Origin: Chloroflexota bacterium
GTDB taxonomy: Bacteria; Chloroflexota; Limnocylindria; Limnocylindrales; CSP1-4
Length of the DNA stretch: 61,271 nucleotides
Direction: 5' to 3'
Assembly (NCBI GenBank): GCA_039931975.1
Contig: JBDTQW010000003.1
Location: 1-61,271, forward strand
In this document: positions 27,021 through 36,469 of the stretch, piece by piece
Layout: every line of letters begins with the position of its first letter
Position numbering within the stretch: the stretch's first letter is position 1
The notes under the pieces: model-generated
Told to the model about the DNA's origin: nothing
Databases searched by the model: none
Seen by the model: the letters and a program-made list of their open reading frames with translations, nothing else
Program-made: the position numbers and the translations under genes

Positions 27021-28403
27021 TCAATCGAGGGTCGGGCCGGGACCGACCATGTCGGCGTCGGTGTCGAGCAGGGCCTTATCTGCTGGGGTCGCCTCGGGCG
27101 TCGGGATCCGCTCGAGCGAGCGGACCGTCGAGAACAGGATCGGCACGAACGCGAAGCAGCCGAGGACCCCGCCGACGGCGAGCGCCCCGCGCGCACCGAG
27201 CTCCGGGATGCTGGCGATCGCCCCGCCGATGATCATGCCGATCGGGATCGTGCCCCAGACGAGGAAGCGCATCGTCGCGTTCATCCGCCCTTGGATCCGT
27301 TCCGGGGTGATCGCCTGGCGCAGGCTCACCTGGTTGATGTTGTAGACGACCCCGCCGAAGCTGCCCAGGAAGATCGATGCGATGAGCAGCGGGATGGCGG
27401 TCGCGGGCTGTGCGAACGCCGCGAGGAGGTTCGCCGGTCCGAACAGGATCGCCGACCACAGGATCGTCCGGCCGACCCCGACGCTCTCCGCGATGCGCCC
27501 CGCGACGAGCGCGCCGACGAGGACGCCGATGCTGCCGATCCCGCCGATCACCCCGACTGTGAACGGCGTCAGCTCGAGCGTCCGGTAGGCGAAGACCGCG
27601 AACGTCGCAAGCGCTACGTTCGAGAACAGGTTCGATAGGCCGGTGGTGGCCGCGATGTAGCGCAGGTACGGGTGGCCGAGGACGTAGCGCAGGCCTTCGT
27701 CGATCTCCGCACGGAGGCCCGCGATCGGCGCCAGGCGGCCACTTGCGGCCGGCCCGACGGCGCGTTTCGGCTCGCGCTTGCGGATCCAGAAGATGAGCCC
27801 GCCCGAGAGGACGAAGCTGATCGCATCGAACAGGATCGCGATGGGTGCGCCGAGCAGGCCGACGAGACCGCCGCCGAGTGGCTGGCCGAGGACCTGGGCC
27901 GCGGAGCCGCTGATCTGGAGCTTGGAGTTCCCCTCGATCAGGTCCTCCGGCTCGAGGATCGCCGGCAGGTACGACTGGTCCGCGACATCGAAGAAGACTG
28001 TCAGCACCCCGTTCACGAAGCCGACGACGTAGAGCTGCCAGATCGTCAGGCCCCCGAGCTCGTAGGCGATCGGGATCGTCAAAAGGGAGGCCGCCCGGCC
28101 GAAGTCGCCGGCGACCAGGATCAGCCGTCGCGGCAGCCGGTCGACCCACGCCCCGGCTGGCAGGGTGAACAGCAGGAACGGGAGGAACTCGACGGTGCCG
28201 AGGAGGGCCACCTGGTACGGCGGAGCGTCGAGCAGCAGGACGGCGATGACGGGGATCGCGACCAGGCTGACCTGGGTCCCGAAGAGCGAGATCGTGGCCG
28301 CGGTCCAGAGCTTGAGGAAGTCGCGCGAGCGAAGGAGCAGGTTGCGACGCGGTGGGGCCAAGTCGGACCTCTCGAGGCGGCCTGTTAGTCTATGGTCTAA
28401 CAT
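27021..28403 (-). CDS. MFS transporter (DHA3/EntS-like)
   Basis: FLKLWTAATISLFGTQVS, AGAWVDRLPRR, LRQAITPERIQGRMNA. Start may be TTG 28361. Confidence 0.9.
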   Translation of the reverse strand: MLDHRLTGRLERSDLAPPRRNLLLRSRDFLKLWTAATISLFGTQVSLVAIPVIAVLLLDAPPYQVALLGTVEFLPFLLFTLPAGAWVDRLPRRLILVAGDFGRAASLLTIPIAYELGGLTIWQLYVVGFVNGVLTVFFDVADQSYLPAILEPEDLIEGNSKLQISGSAAQVLGQPLGGGLVGLLGAPIAILFDAISFVLSGGLIFWIRKREPKRAVGPAASGRLAPIAGLRAEIDEGLRYVLGHPYLRYIAATTGLSNLFSNVALATFAVFAYRTLELTPFTVGVIGGIGSIGVLVGALVAGRIAESVGVGRTILWSAILFGPANLLAAFAQPATAIPLLIASIFLGSFGGVVYNINQVSLRQAITPERIQGRMNATMRFLVWGTIPIGMIIGGAIASIPELGARGALAVGGVLGCFAFVPILFSTVRSLERIPTPEATPADKALLDTDADMVGPGPTLD

Positions 28404-28486
28404 CGGTTAGTCAACACAGACCTGTGATGCCGGCCTGAGCGGTGGCTGCTGGGCCCATCGTTGACCTGCCGACCTGTCACGATATC

Positions 28487-29461
28487 GTGGTGGCGCGGCT
28501 CGTCGAATCCGTCCCGAACTTCAGTGAGGGCCGGCGATCGGACGTCGTCGATCGGCTGGCAATTGCCGTGACCGGCACGCCCGGCGTTCACCTCCTCGAC
28601 CGGACCAGCGACGCCAGCCACAACCGGACGGTGCTGACCATGGCCGGTGAGGCCGGACCGGTGACCGCGGCGCTCGAGGCGGCGATCGAGGTCGCCGTTG
28701 AGGCCATCGACATGGAGGTCCAGCGGGGTGAGCACCCGCGGATCGGGGCGGTCGACGTCGTGCCATTCGTGCCGCTCGGTGACACCACGATGGACGACTG
28801 CGTGGAGCTTGCCCGCGCCTTCGCCGCCCGCGTCGCCGATCGGTTCGCCATCCCGGTCTACCTGTACGCCCGGGCCGCGACGCGGCCGGATCGGACGAGG
28901 CTGGCCGACGTGCGCCGGGGCCAATACGAGGGGCTGCGCGACGAGATCGCCAGCGACCCGGACCGTCGACCCGACTTCGGTCCGGCACGGACCCATCCGC
29001 GGGCCGGCGCCGTCGCCGTCGGCGCCCGGCCGTTTCTGATCGCCTACAACATCAATCTCGCCTCGACCGACCTCGAGCTGGCCGAGCGGATCGCCCGGGT
29101 CGTGCGGGAGTCCAGTGGCGGGTTGCCGGCCGTCCAGGCGAGCGGCTTCCGCCTCGACGACCCTGATTGCGCCCAGGTCTCGATGAACCTGCTCGACTTC
29201 GAGGTCACCCCACTGTGGCGCGTCTGGGAGGCCGTCAAGACCGAGGCCGACGCTGCCGAGGTCGAGCTGGCCGAGTCGGAGCTGATCGGGCTCGCTCCGC
29301 TGGCCGCGTTCGCAGCCGTCGCGGACCACGTCGGCGCGCCGGCCGACGCTCCGATCGGGGATCGATTGGCCGCTGCCGCGAGGTATCTCCGTCTGCGCGA
29401 CTCCTCGCCGCTCCAGGCACTGGAGCTCCGGCTCGCGTCGGCGCAGGCGACCGAGCCGTGA
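28487..29461 (+). CDS. ftcD: Glutamate formimidoyltransferase (FTCD N-terminal domain)
   Basis: ESVPNFSEGR, DASHNRTV, GEHPRIGAVDVVPFVPL, GARPFLIAYNINL, QVSMNL. Confidence 0.93.
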   Translation: MVARLVESVPNFSEGRRSDVVDRLAIAVTGTPGVHLLDRTSDASHNRTVLTMAGEAGPVTAALEAAIEVAVEAIDMEVQRGEHPRIGAVDVVPFVPLGDTTMDDCVELARAFAARVADRFAIPVYLYARAATRPDRTRLADVRRGQYEGLRDEIASDPDRRPDFGPARTHPRAGAVAVGARPFLIAYNINLASTDLELAERIARVVRESSGGLPAVQASGFRLDDPDCAQVSMNLLDFEVTPLWRVWEAVKTEADAAEVELAESELIGLAPLAAFAAVADHVGAPADAPIGDRLAAAARYLRLRDSSPLQALELRLASAQATEP

Positions 29462-30822
29462 GCCTGCGACTGATCGAAGGCGGCCGGACCGAGAGCGCAT
29501 CGACCGGCCTGCTCGTCGTCCGCGCGAGTGCCGTGGCCACGCTCGCCGGGGGCATCCGGCGCGGCCAGGGCCAGGCTGACACCGCCACGCTCGATGCCGC
29601 GGACGTTGGTGGGCCTGATTCGCCAGATGCGCCGGTGGTCGCGACGTGGGGCGATCGGATCGCCGCCGTGGGCCCGCGTCGCCAGGTCGAGGCGAGTCTC
29701 GAGGCGGCCGGGCTGCCGACGTCGCGTCTCGCCCGGATCGACGCAGCCGGCGGGCTGGTCACGCCCGGCCTGATCGATCCGCACACGCATCTGCTGTTCG
29801 CCGGATCGCGCGAGGGCGAGCTGGAGATGCGCCAACAGGGTGCCGGCTACCTCGAGATCCTGGCCGCCGGCGGCGGCATCCTCTCGACGGTCGCGGCCAC
29901 CCGGGCGGCATCCGCGGACGACCTGCTCGCCCACGGTCGTCGCTGGCTCGACGAGATGCTCGGACACGGGGTCACCACGATCGAAGCCAAATCCGGCTAT
30001 GGCCTCGACCTCCAGACCGAGCTGCGGCTCCTCGAGGTGGCCCACCAGCTCGGGCACGAGGGACCCATCGACGTCCTGCCGACCTGGCTCGGCGCCCACG
30101 CCGTCGCGCCCGAGTTCCGCGAGAAACGAGATCCCGCGGAGGCCTATGTCCGCCATCTCATCGACGAGCAGCTGCCCGGGATCGCCGCCCAGGGCCGAGC
30201 CCGGTTCGCCGATGTGTTCTGCGAACGCGGCGTCTTCAGCGTCGACCAGAGCCGGCGAGTCCTGCTCGCGGCCGAGGCCTACGGGATGCGCCCCCGGCTT
30301 CACGCCGACGAGCTCGCTGCGTCCGGGGGCGCGGAGCTGGCGGCCGAGCTGAAGGCCATGTCGGCCGATCACCTCGCGACCCCTTCCGGTGCCGGGATCG
30401 ATGCCCTGGCCACGGTCGCGTCGTCGGGCCTGCCGGTGGTGGCGGTCGTCCTCCCGGCGACGACGTGGTTCCTGATGAAGTCGGTGCCCGCGCCCGCCCG
30501 GACGTTCATCGAGCGAGGCATCCCGGTCGCGCTAGGCACCGACTTCAACCCGGGGACCTCGCCCACTGCCAGCCTGCCGCTGGCCATGACCATCGCCTGC
30601 CTGTCGCTCACGCTCAGCCCCTCGGAGGCGCTGACCGCCGTCACGATCAATGCGGCTCACGCTTTGGGGATCGGCGACGTCGTCGGCTCTCTCGAGCCGG
30701 ACAAGCAGGCCGACCTCGTCGTCTGGCGGGTTCCCAGCGTCGATCAGATCCCGTACTGGCCGGCGGCAGACCTCGTCCGAACGGTCGTCAAGCGCGGCCG
30801 GCCGCGCCTCCAGCAGGACTGA
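29458..30822 (+). CDS. hutI: Imidazolonepropionase
   Basis: PGLIDPHTHLLFAG, GVTTIEAKSGYG, DVFCE, LHADE, ALGTDFNPG. Confidence 0.96.
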   Translation: MSLRLIEGGRTESASTGLLVVRASAVATLAGGIRRGQGQADTATLDAADVGGPDSPDAPVVATWGDRIAAVGPRRQVEASLEAAGLPTSRLARIDAAGGLVTPGLIDPHTHLLFAGSREGELEMRQQGAGYLEILAAGGGILSTVAATRAASADDLLAHGRRWLDEMLGHGVTTIEAKSGYGLDLQTELRLLEVAHQLGHEGPIDVLPTWLGAHAVAPEFREKRDPAEAYVRHLIDEQLPGIAAQGRARFADVFCERGVFSVDQSRRVLLAAEAYGMRPRLHADELAASGGAELAAELKAMSADHLATPSGAGIDALATVASSGLPVVAVVLPATTWFLMKSVPAPARTFIERGIPVALGTDFNPGTSPTASLPLAMTIACLSLTLSPSEALTAVTINAAHALGIGDVVGSLEPDKQADLVVWRVPSVDQIPYWPAADLVRTVVKRGRPRLQQD

Positions 30823-30831
30823 CTCGTCCGC

Positions 30832-31506
30832 TCAGACCTTGCCGCGGGCCTCAAGCAGGATCGTGGTGGTCTCAGCAGGAAGGCCGGAGATGGTGATGTT
30901 GAGACGCGGCTGAGGCGGCGGCGGCGAGGCGCCCATCTCGTGCAGGAAGCGGGCCAACGCCTCGGCGCAGTCGGCCTCGTTCTCGCAGATCGGCATGGGC
31001 ACCACGATCCGCGGGTCGAGCTGAGCGACCAGCTCCGCCGCCTTGGTCGCCGTCAGCGCCCCGCCGATCGGCAGGCAGGCGATGTCGATCGCGCCGATGT
31101 CGCCGACCTTCTCCTCGGTCAGGAGATGCCCGACGTCACCGAGGTGGATGGTGTGCATCTGGTCGAGCTCGACCACGAAGGCGGTCTGCCGGCCTCGCTG
31201 GGATCCGCGATCGTCGTCGCGATAGGTCCGGACGCCGGTCAGCAGGACGTTACGGACCTCGTACTCCCCGGGGCCATCCAGGACGAAGGCATCGTCGAGG
31301 CTCGTGGGAAGGCGGCTGCCGCCGTCCCGCGACGTGCGTCCCTTGGCCTTCGGCAGCGGGTGGTCGTCGGGGTGGCTGAAGGTGACGATCTCGGCGGTGA
31401 TCCCGCGCCCGGTCGGCCCGACGACGGACTGGTACGGATCTGCGACGACGACCGCGTCCCGGCCCTTCAGGCGAATGCAGGTCCGCCCGTACCAGCTCAG
31501 TTCCAT
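30832..31506 (-). CDS. MBL-fold metallo-hydrolase (UlaG-like)
   Basis: MELSWYGRTCIRL, DGPGEYEV, IHLGDVGH, PRIVVPM; HxHxDH motif is degenerate (SHPDDH). Confidence 0.85.
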   Translation of the reverse strand: MELSWYGRTCIRLKGRDAVVVADPYQSVVGPTGRGITAEIVTFSHPDDHPLPKAKGRTSRDGGSRLPTSLDDAFVLDGPGEYEVRNVLLTGVRTYRDDDRGSQRGRQTAFVVELDQMHTIHLGDVGHLLTEEKVGDIGAIDIACLPIGGALTATKAAELVAQLDPRIVVPMPICENEADCAEALARFLHEMGASPPPPQPRLNITISGLPAETTTILLEARGKV

Positions 31507-31560
31507 GTGGCCCGATTCTGACACAGCGGCCTTACCGTCGCGTCGCCCCGGAAACGGGAA

Positions 31561-31595
31561 GACCGGAGGCGCCTGCCCAATCGGCGCCTCCGGTC
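31561..31595. terminator. Perfect 13-bp hairpin in a long intergenic region
   Basis: gaccggaggcgcc-tgcccaatc-ggcgcctccggtc; on the minus strand followed by UUCCCGUUUCC. Confidence 0.6.
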
Positions 31596-31771
31596 GGAGG
31601 GAGGGAGTGGAACTCTTCGCGGGTTCCAAGGAAACAGTAGCGGGCCCCCGATTCAGGCACGAGAGGGCAGAGGGTTAAGAAAGGTACATCCGAAGAGGGG
31701 AACCATCAGGCCGCGCTGCGGCGACCATCGCGCGGGGCGGCTCGTTCGAGGTCCCGTGCCACAATCCGCCG

Positions 31772-33073
31772 ATGGACCTCCACCGCCGTTCTCTGCCTGC
31801 CCTGGCATTCATCTCGGCCGCTGTCCTCGCGCTGGGCGCCTGTGGTCCGGCGGCCCCGACCCCGACCACGAGCATCGTCGCGACGGCAGGTCCCACCGCC
31901 TCGCTCCCGTCTTCGTCGCCAGGGTCCCTCGGCTCACCCACCCCGAACCCGGCCACGGTCTATGCCGAGATCGAAGCGCAGGTCCAGCAGATCCGCGAGC
32001 TCACGGCCAAGACCCCGGTGGCGCCAAAGCTGCTCGACGACGCAACCCTCAAGGCGAATGTCGCGGCAAGCTTCGAGAAGGACAATCCGCCCAAGATCGT
32101 GGCCGCCAACGAGCGGACCTATCAGCTACTCGGCCTGATCCCGGACGGCACGTCGCTCAAGGAGCTCTATCTCAAGCTCCTCGGCAGCCAGGTCGCCGGC
32201 TACTACGATTCCGACACGAAGGAGCTGTATGTCGTTTTGCGCTCCGGCGGCTTGGGCCCGACTGAGCGGGTCACCTTCGCTCATGAGTTCGATCACGCCC
32301 TCCAGGACCAGAACTTCGGACTGGACAAGCTCCAGCTCGACGCGATCGGCGAAAGTGATCGGAGCCTGGCCCGGTTGTCGGTCGCGGAGGGCGACGCGAC
32401 CCTGCTCATGTCGCTCTGGGCCGGCCAGAATCTGACCCCGGCCGAGCTCGTCCAGATGCTCCAGTCGGCGGCCGACCCGGCGCAGACGGCGATCCTGGCC
32501 GAGATGCCCGACATCCTCAAGGACAGCCTGCTGTTCCCGTACACCGCCGGCCAGGCCCTCGTGGCGTCGATCCAGGCGACCGGCGGCTGGGCGGCGGTCG
32601 ACAAGCTCTACGCCGACCCGCCGGCCTCCACCGAGCAGGTCATCCACCCGGACAAGTTCGCGGCCCATGAGCCGCCGATCAAGGTCGACTTCCCCAAGGA
32701 CCTGGCGACGCGCCTTGGCAGCGGTTGGTCGGTCGACCTCCTGGACTCGATGGGCGAGTTCGGGCTCGAGACCTGGCTCAAGTCGGCAGGCAAGGTGCCT
32801 CAGGCGACGGCCTCGGCGGCTGCCGAAGGCTGGGGCGGGGATCGGTTCGCGCTCGTCTCCAACGGCAACCGCTCAGGGATTGTGGTCGACACGCGCTGGG
32901 ACAGTCCCGCCGATGCGGCCCAGTTCGCAGCCGCCGCTCAGACGACCCTCGATGCGGTGGGCGGTCATCGGGCGCTGATCGCCATCGACGGCAGCAACCG
33001 GGTCACAGTGTTCATCGCCACCGACGACGCGACCATCAGCGCCCTCGCCAGCGTCCTCGGGCTGGCCGGCTAG
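31772..33073 (+). CDS. Lipoprotein with HExxH motif (putative zinc metallopeptidase-like surface protein)
   Basis: Lipobox LGAC, Pro/Thr/Ser linker, VAGYYD, AHEFDHALQDQ, EGDATL, FPYTAG, WGGDR. Confidence 0.8.
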   Translation: MDLHRRSLPALAFISAAVLALGACGPAAPTPTTSIVATAGPTASLPSSSPGSLGSPTPNPATVYAEIEAQVQQIRELTAKTPVAPKLLDDATLKANVAASFEKDNPPKIVAANERTYQLLGLIPDGTSLKELYLKLLGSQVAGYYDSDTKELYVVLRSGGLGPTERVTFAHEFDHALQDQNFGLDKLQLDAIGESDRSLARLSVAEGDATLLMSLWAGQNLTPAELVQMLQSAADPAQTAILAEMPDILKDSLLFPYTAGQALVASIQATGGWAAVDKLYADPPASTEQVIHPDKFAAHEPPIKVDFPKDLATRLGSGWSVDLLDSMGEFGLETWLKSAGKVPQATASAAAEGWGGDRFALVSNGNRSGIVVDTRWDSPADAAQFAAAAQTTLDAVGGHRALIAIDGSNRVTVFIATDDATISALASVLGLAG

Positions 33074-33082
33074 GACCCGACC

Positions 33083-34780
33083 CTACATCTGCTCCGGGGC
33101 GGAGATCCCGAGCAGGCCGAGCGCGTTGGCCAGGGTCGTCCGGGTCGCCGAGACCAGTGCCAGGCGGGCCGTCGACCGGGCCGGCTCGTCGGGGTCGACC
33201 ACCTTCGCGTCGCGATAGAAGGCGTGGAAGGTCGACGCCAGCTCGGTGGCATAGGCGGTGATGCCCTGGGCTTCCTCGGCGGCCGCGGCGTCCTCGACGA
33301 CCTCCGGGAGGCGGATGACCTCGCGAACGAGAGCCGCCTCCGGACCTCCGGTCAGGTCGTCCGCGGCAAGCTCGCCGGCAGGGACGAGGCCGACATCGGC
33401 CGCCTTGCGCAGGATCGACGCGATCCGGGCGTGGGCGTACTGGACGTAGTAGACCGGGTTCTCGTTGGACTGCTTCTTGGCCAGCTCGATGTCGAAGTCG
33501 ATGGCCGAGGTCGGCCCGCGGGAGGCGAAGAACCAGCGGGCGGCGTCGACGCCGATCTCCTGGAGCAGCTCGTCGAGGGTGATGAACGCGCCGGCCCGCT
33601 TGCTCATGGCCACGTCCTGGCCATCGCGCACAAAGCGGACCCAGGCCACGAGGAGCATCCGGACGGCCGACTTGTCGTAGCCCATCGCCTCGGCCGCGTT
33701 GCGCACCCGGGCAACCGTCCCGTGGTGGTCCTGGCCCCAGATGTAGATGAGCTCGTCGAAGCCGCGGCTGAACTTCTCGGTGACGTAGCCGATGTCCGAG
33801 GCGAAGTAGGTCGGCTCGCCGTTCGAGCGGATGATCACCCGGTCCTTGTCGTCGCCGAAGGCCGTCGAGCGGAACCAGAGCGCGCCGTCCTGCTCGTAAA
33901 CGTGGCCCCCGGCGCGGAGTCGCTCGATGGCTCGCGCGACCCACCCGTCGTCGTGCAGGGACCGCTCGGTCTTCCACACGTCGAAATGGACGCCGAGGTG
34001 CTCGAGCGAGGCCTCGATCCCGGCCCGCACTCGCTCCGATGCCCAGCGCCCGACGACCCCGTCCGCGTCCTTGGCTGAGGCCTCGGCCGCAGTCCACACC
34101 TCGTCCGGGAGCGCCGCGGCCAGCTCGGCTACGTAGTCGCCGTGGTAACCGTCCTCCGGGATCGGCTGGCCCCGTCGGGTGGCGATGACCGATGCGCCGA
34201 GCTTGACGACCTGGCTGCCGGAGTCGTTGAAGTAGTACTCTCGAGCGACCCGCTGACCGCCGGCCTCCAGGACCCGGCAGAGGAGGTCGCCGACGAACGC
34301 CCCACGGGCGTTGCCGATCGTCAGCGGACCGGTCGGATTGGCCGACACGAATTCGACGTTCACGTCCCGCGGCTGCGCGGCCGGGACCCGGCCCCAGGCC
34401 GCCGGCGATCCCAGGATCCCGCCGACCGATCGGGCCAGGGCCGGATCCGAGTAGCGGACGTTGATGAACCCCGGAGCGGCGACATCCACCGACCCGACGG
34501 GAGTCGTGTCAGGCGCCGCGGCCGCCTCTCGGGCGAGCTCGTCGGCGAGGATCCGGGCGATCTCGAGCGGTGCCCGGCGGTAGGGCCGGGCGAGCTTCAT
34601 CGCCAGGCTGGTGGCCGCGTCGCCGTGTTCGGGGTTCGCCGGCCGTTCGACCTTGACCGCAGGCGCGTCGACGCTCGGATCGATCGGCGGCAGCGCGCCG
34701 GATGCGACCGCGGCGGCCCATGCCCGCTCGATCGCCAGTCGCAGATGTGTGCGGAGGGTGGGATCGCTGGGGGACGGCAC
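33083..34780 (-). CDS. argS: Arginine--tRNA ligase
   Basis: VEFVSANPTGPLTIGNARGA (HIGH-like), YIWGQDHHG, MSKRAG, PVYYVQYAHARI. Confidence 0.97.
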   Translation of the reverse strand: MPSPSDPTLRTHLRLAIERAWAAAVASGALPPIDPSVDAPAVKVERPANPEHGDAATSLAMKLARPYRRAPLEIARILADELAREAAAAPDTTPVGSVDVAAPGFINVRYSDPALARSVGGILGSPAAWGRVPAAQPRDVNVEFVSANPTGPLTIGNARGAFVGDLLCRVLEAGGQRVAREYYFNDSGSQVVKLGASVIATRRGQPIPEDGYHGDYVAELAAALPDEVWTAAEASAKDADGVVGRWASERVRAGIEASLEHLGVHFDVWKTERSLHDDGWVARAIERLRAGGHVYEQDGALWFRSTAFGDDKDRVIIRSNGEPTYFASDIGYVTEKFSRGFDELIYIWGQDHHGTVARVRNAAEAMGYDKSAVRMLLVAWVRFVRDGQDVAMSKRAGAFITLDELLQEIGVDAARWFFASRGPTSAIDFDIELAKKQSNENPVYYVQYAHARIASILRKAADVGLVPAGELAADDLTGGPEAALVREVIRLPEVVEDAAAAEEAQGITAYATELASTFHAFYRDAKVVDPDEPARSTARLALVSATRTTLANALGLLGISAPEQM

Positions 34781-34805
34781 GACCCAATCGTAGCCGGTCC
34801 GCCGC

Positions 34806-35555
34806 TCAGATCGAGAAGCGATCGCCCGGGTCGACCATGCTGACATCGACGCCGGCCAGGTCGCGGACGGCGACCACAGTCGCCTCCCGGTCGTGGCCCA
34901 TCAGCACGTGGGTGAGCAGGACGCGCCCGGCACCGCTCGCGGCCGCGATCCGGCCGACATCGGCCGCGTTGAGGTGCTCCGATCCGGCCGCAACGGGATC
35001 CGCCCCGAACGACGCCTCGGACAGAAGCGTGTCGCCGGGCTGGATCAGCGAACGCAGGTCGTCGGCGTTGCCGCAGTCGCCGGAGTAGACCAGACCGGGT
35101 CCGTCACCGGCCGTGACCCGGAAGCCGTAGCTCTCGTCCGTATGGCTGATCAGCCTCGCCTCGACGTCGAACGACCCCACGGTTTGCACGCCGGAGCCGC
35201 CCAGCGCGGCGACATCGAGGGATGCTGCGCAGAAACCGACCTCGTCGTGGAGCGCGTCGATCCGCTCCGCCAGGCCGGACGGGCCGAGGACGGCCACTCG
35301 GCGCGGCGGATCGAAGTCCCACAGCAGGTAGTGCCGGAGCGAGACGAGGTCGATGAAATGATCGGGGTGGAGGTGGCTGACGATGACCGCCTCGAGCGAG
35401 CTTGGCTCGATCGCCCCGGCCAGGTTCGTGAAGGCACCCTGGCCCAGGTCCAGGACGATCGCGTCCGTGCCGCTGCGCAGCAGGTAGGACGCCCCGACCG
35501 CGCCTGGTCGCGAGGTGTACGCGGGGCCGGCCCCGAGCACGGTCAACTCGATCAT
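34806..35555 (-). CDS. MBL-fold metallo-hydrolase (RNase Z/BN-like)
   Basis: LTVLGAG, SHLHPDH, YSGDCG, LLSEAS, HLNA, LLTHV. Confidence 0.9.
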   Translation of the reverse strand: MIELTVLGAGPAYTSRPGAVGASYLLRSGTDAIVLDLGQGAFTNLAGAIEPSSLEAVIVSHLHPDHFIDLVSLRHYLLWDFDPPRRVAVLGPSGLAERIDALHDEVGFCAASLDVAALGGSGVQTVGSFDVEARLISHTDESYGFRVTAGDGPGLVYSGDCGNADDLRSLIQPGDTLLSEASFGADPVAAGSEHLNAADVGRIAAASGAGRVLLTHVLMGHDREATVVAVRDLAGVDVSMVDPGDRFSI

Positions 35556-35584
35556 CGGCGCGGTGTCGGGCGCATGGCGCCAGC

Positions 35585-36469
35585 CTACCCGCGCGCCGAC
35601 CGCGCCGGCAACGCGATCGACACCGGCTCGCCGCCGCGGCGAAAGGTCAGGTCGGCGAAGTTGGCCCGAGCCAGGATGCGGTAGCCCTGTTCCAGGCCCC
35701 AGGCCAGCCAGTCCGAGCGATGCGCATCCGAGCCGGCCGTGACCCGCCGTCCGCCGAGCTCGTGGTAGCGCTCCACGACCGCGGCAGGCGGGTACGTCTC
35801 GTGGACCGGATGGCGCAGGCCGCTGGTGTTGACCTCCAGGGCGGTGCCGCTGTCGACCAGCGCCTCGAGCACCGGTTCGAACAGGTCGGGCCGAGCGGCG
35901 AGATCAGCTGGCAGGACATGCGGATGGAGGTAGCGCTTGACGACGTCGAGATGGCCGATCGTGTCGAACAAGCCGGAGCTCGCCGCCGCCCGGACCTGGT
36001 CGAGGTACGGCGCCACCACCTCGTCGAGCGATCGGCCGGCGATCCAGCGACCCACCTGGCTTCGGGGGTAGGGCGAGCCGGGCCAGTCGTGGACGGAGCC
36101 GATCGTGAAGTCGTAGCGGTATTTCGCGAGGTGATCGCGCAGGTCCGCTTCCCAGCGGGTGTGGAAGGTCAGCTCGGCCCCGAACCGGATGGCCACGCCC
36201 CGGTCCGCCCAGCGCTCCGCCGCCTCCCGGGCGGTGCGCTCACGGTCCTCGAACGTGGCGTAGCCATAGGCCGGGTCGCGCGGGTCGAAGTCGACATGGT
36301 CGGTGATCGCAAGCTCGGCGATCCCCAGCTCGACGGCCAGGGCGGCGTAGACGTCGATCGGCACGGCGCTGTCGGGCGACAGGTCCGTGTGAACATGGGC
36401 ATCGAGCGGAAGGTCGTGCGACTGCTCGGCGGCCGGCAGGCCGAGCGCCCGGAGGTCCGGAGCGATCAC
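35585..36469 (-). CDS. PHP-family phosphatase, histidinol-phosphatase HisJ/HisK-like
   Basis: DAHVHT, AITDH, TIGSVH, IGHLDVVK, LEVNTSG, AGSDAH. Confidence 0.85.
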   Translation of the reverse strand: MIAPDLRALGLPAAEQSHDLPLDAHVHTDLSPDSAVPIDVYAALAVELGIAELAITDHVDFDPRDPAYGYATFEDRERTAREAAERWADRGVAIRFGAELTFHTRWEADLRDHLAKYRYDFTIGSVHDWPGSPYPRSQVGRWIAGRSLDEVVAPYLDQVRAAASSGLFDTIGHLDVVKRYLHPHVLPADLAARPDLFEPVLEALVDSGTALEVNTSGLRHPVHETYPPAAVVERYHELGGRRVTAGSDAHRSDWLAWGLEQGYRILARANFADLTFRRGGEPVSIALPARSARG

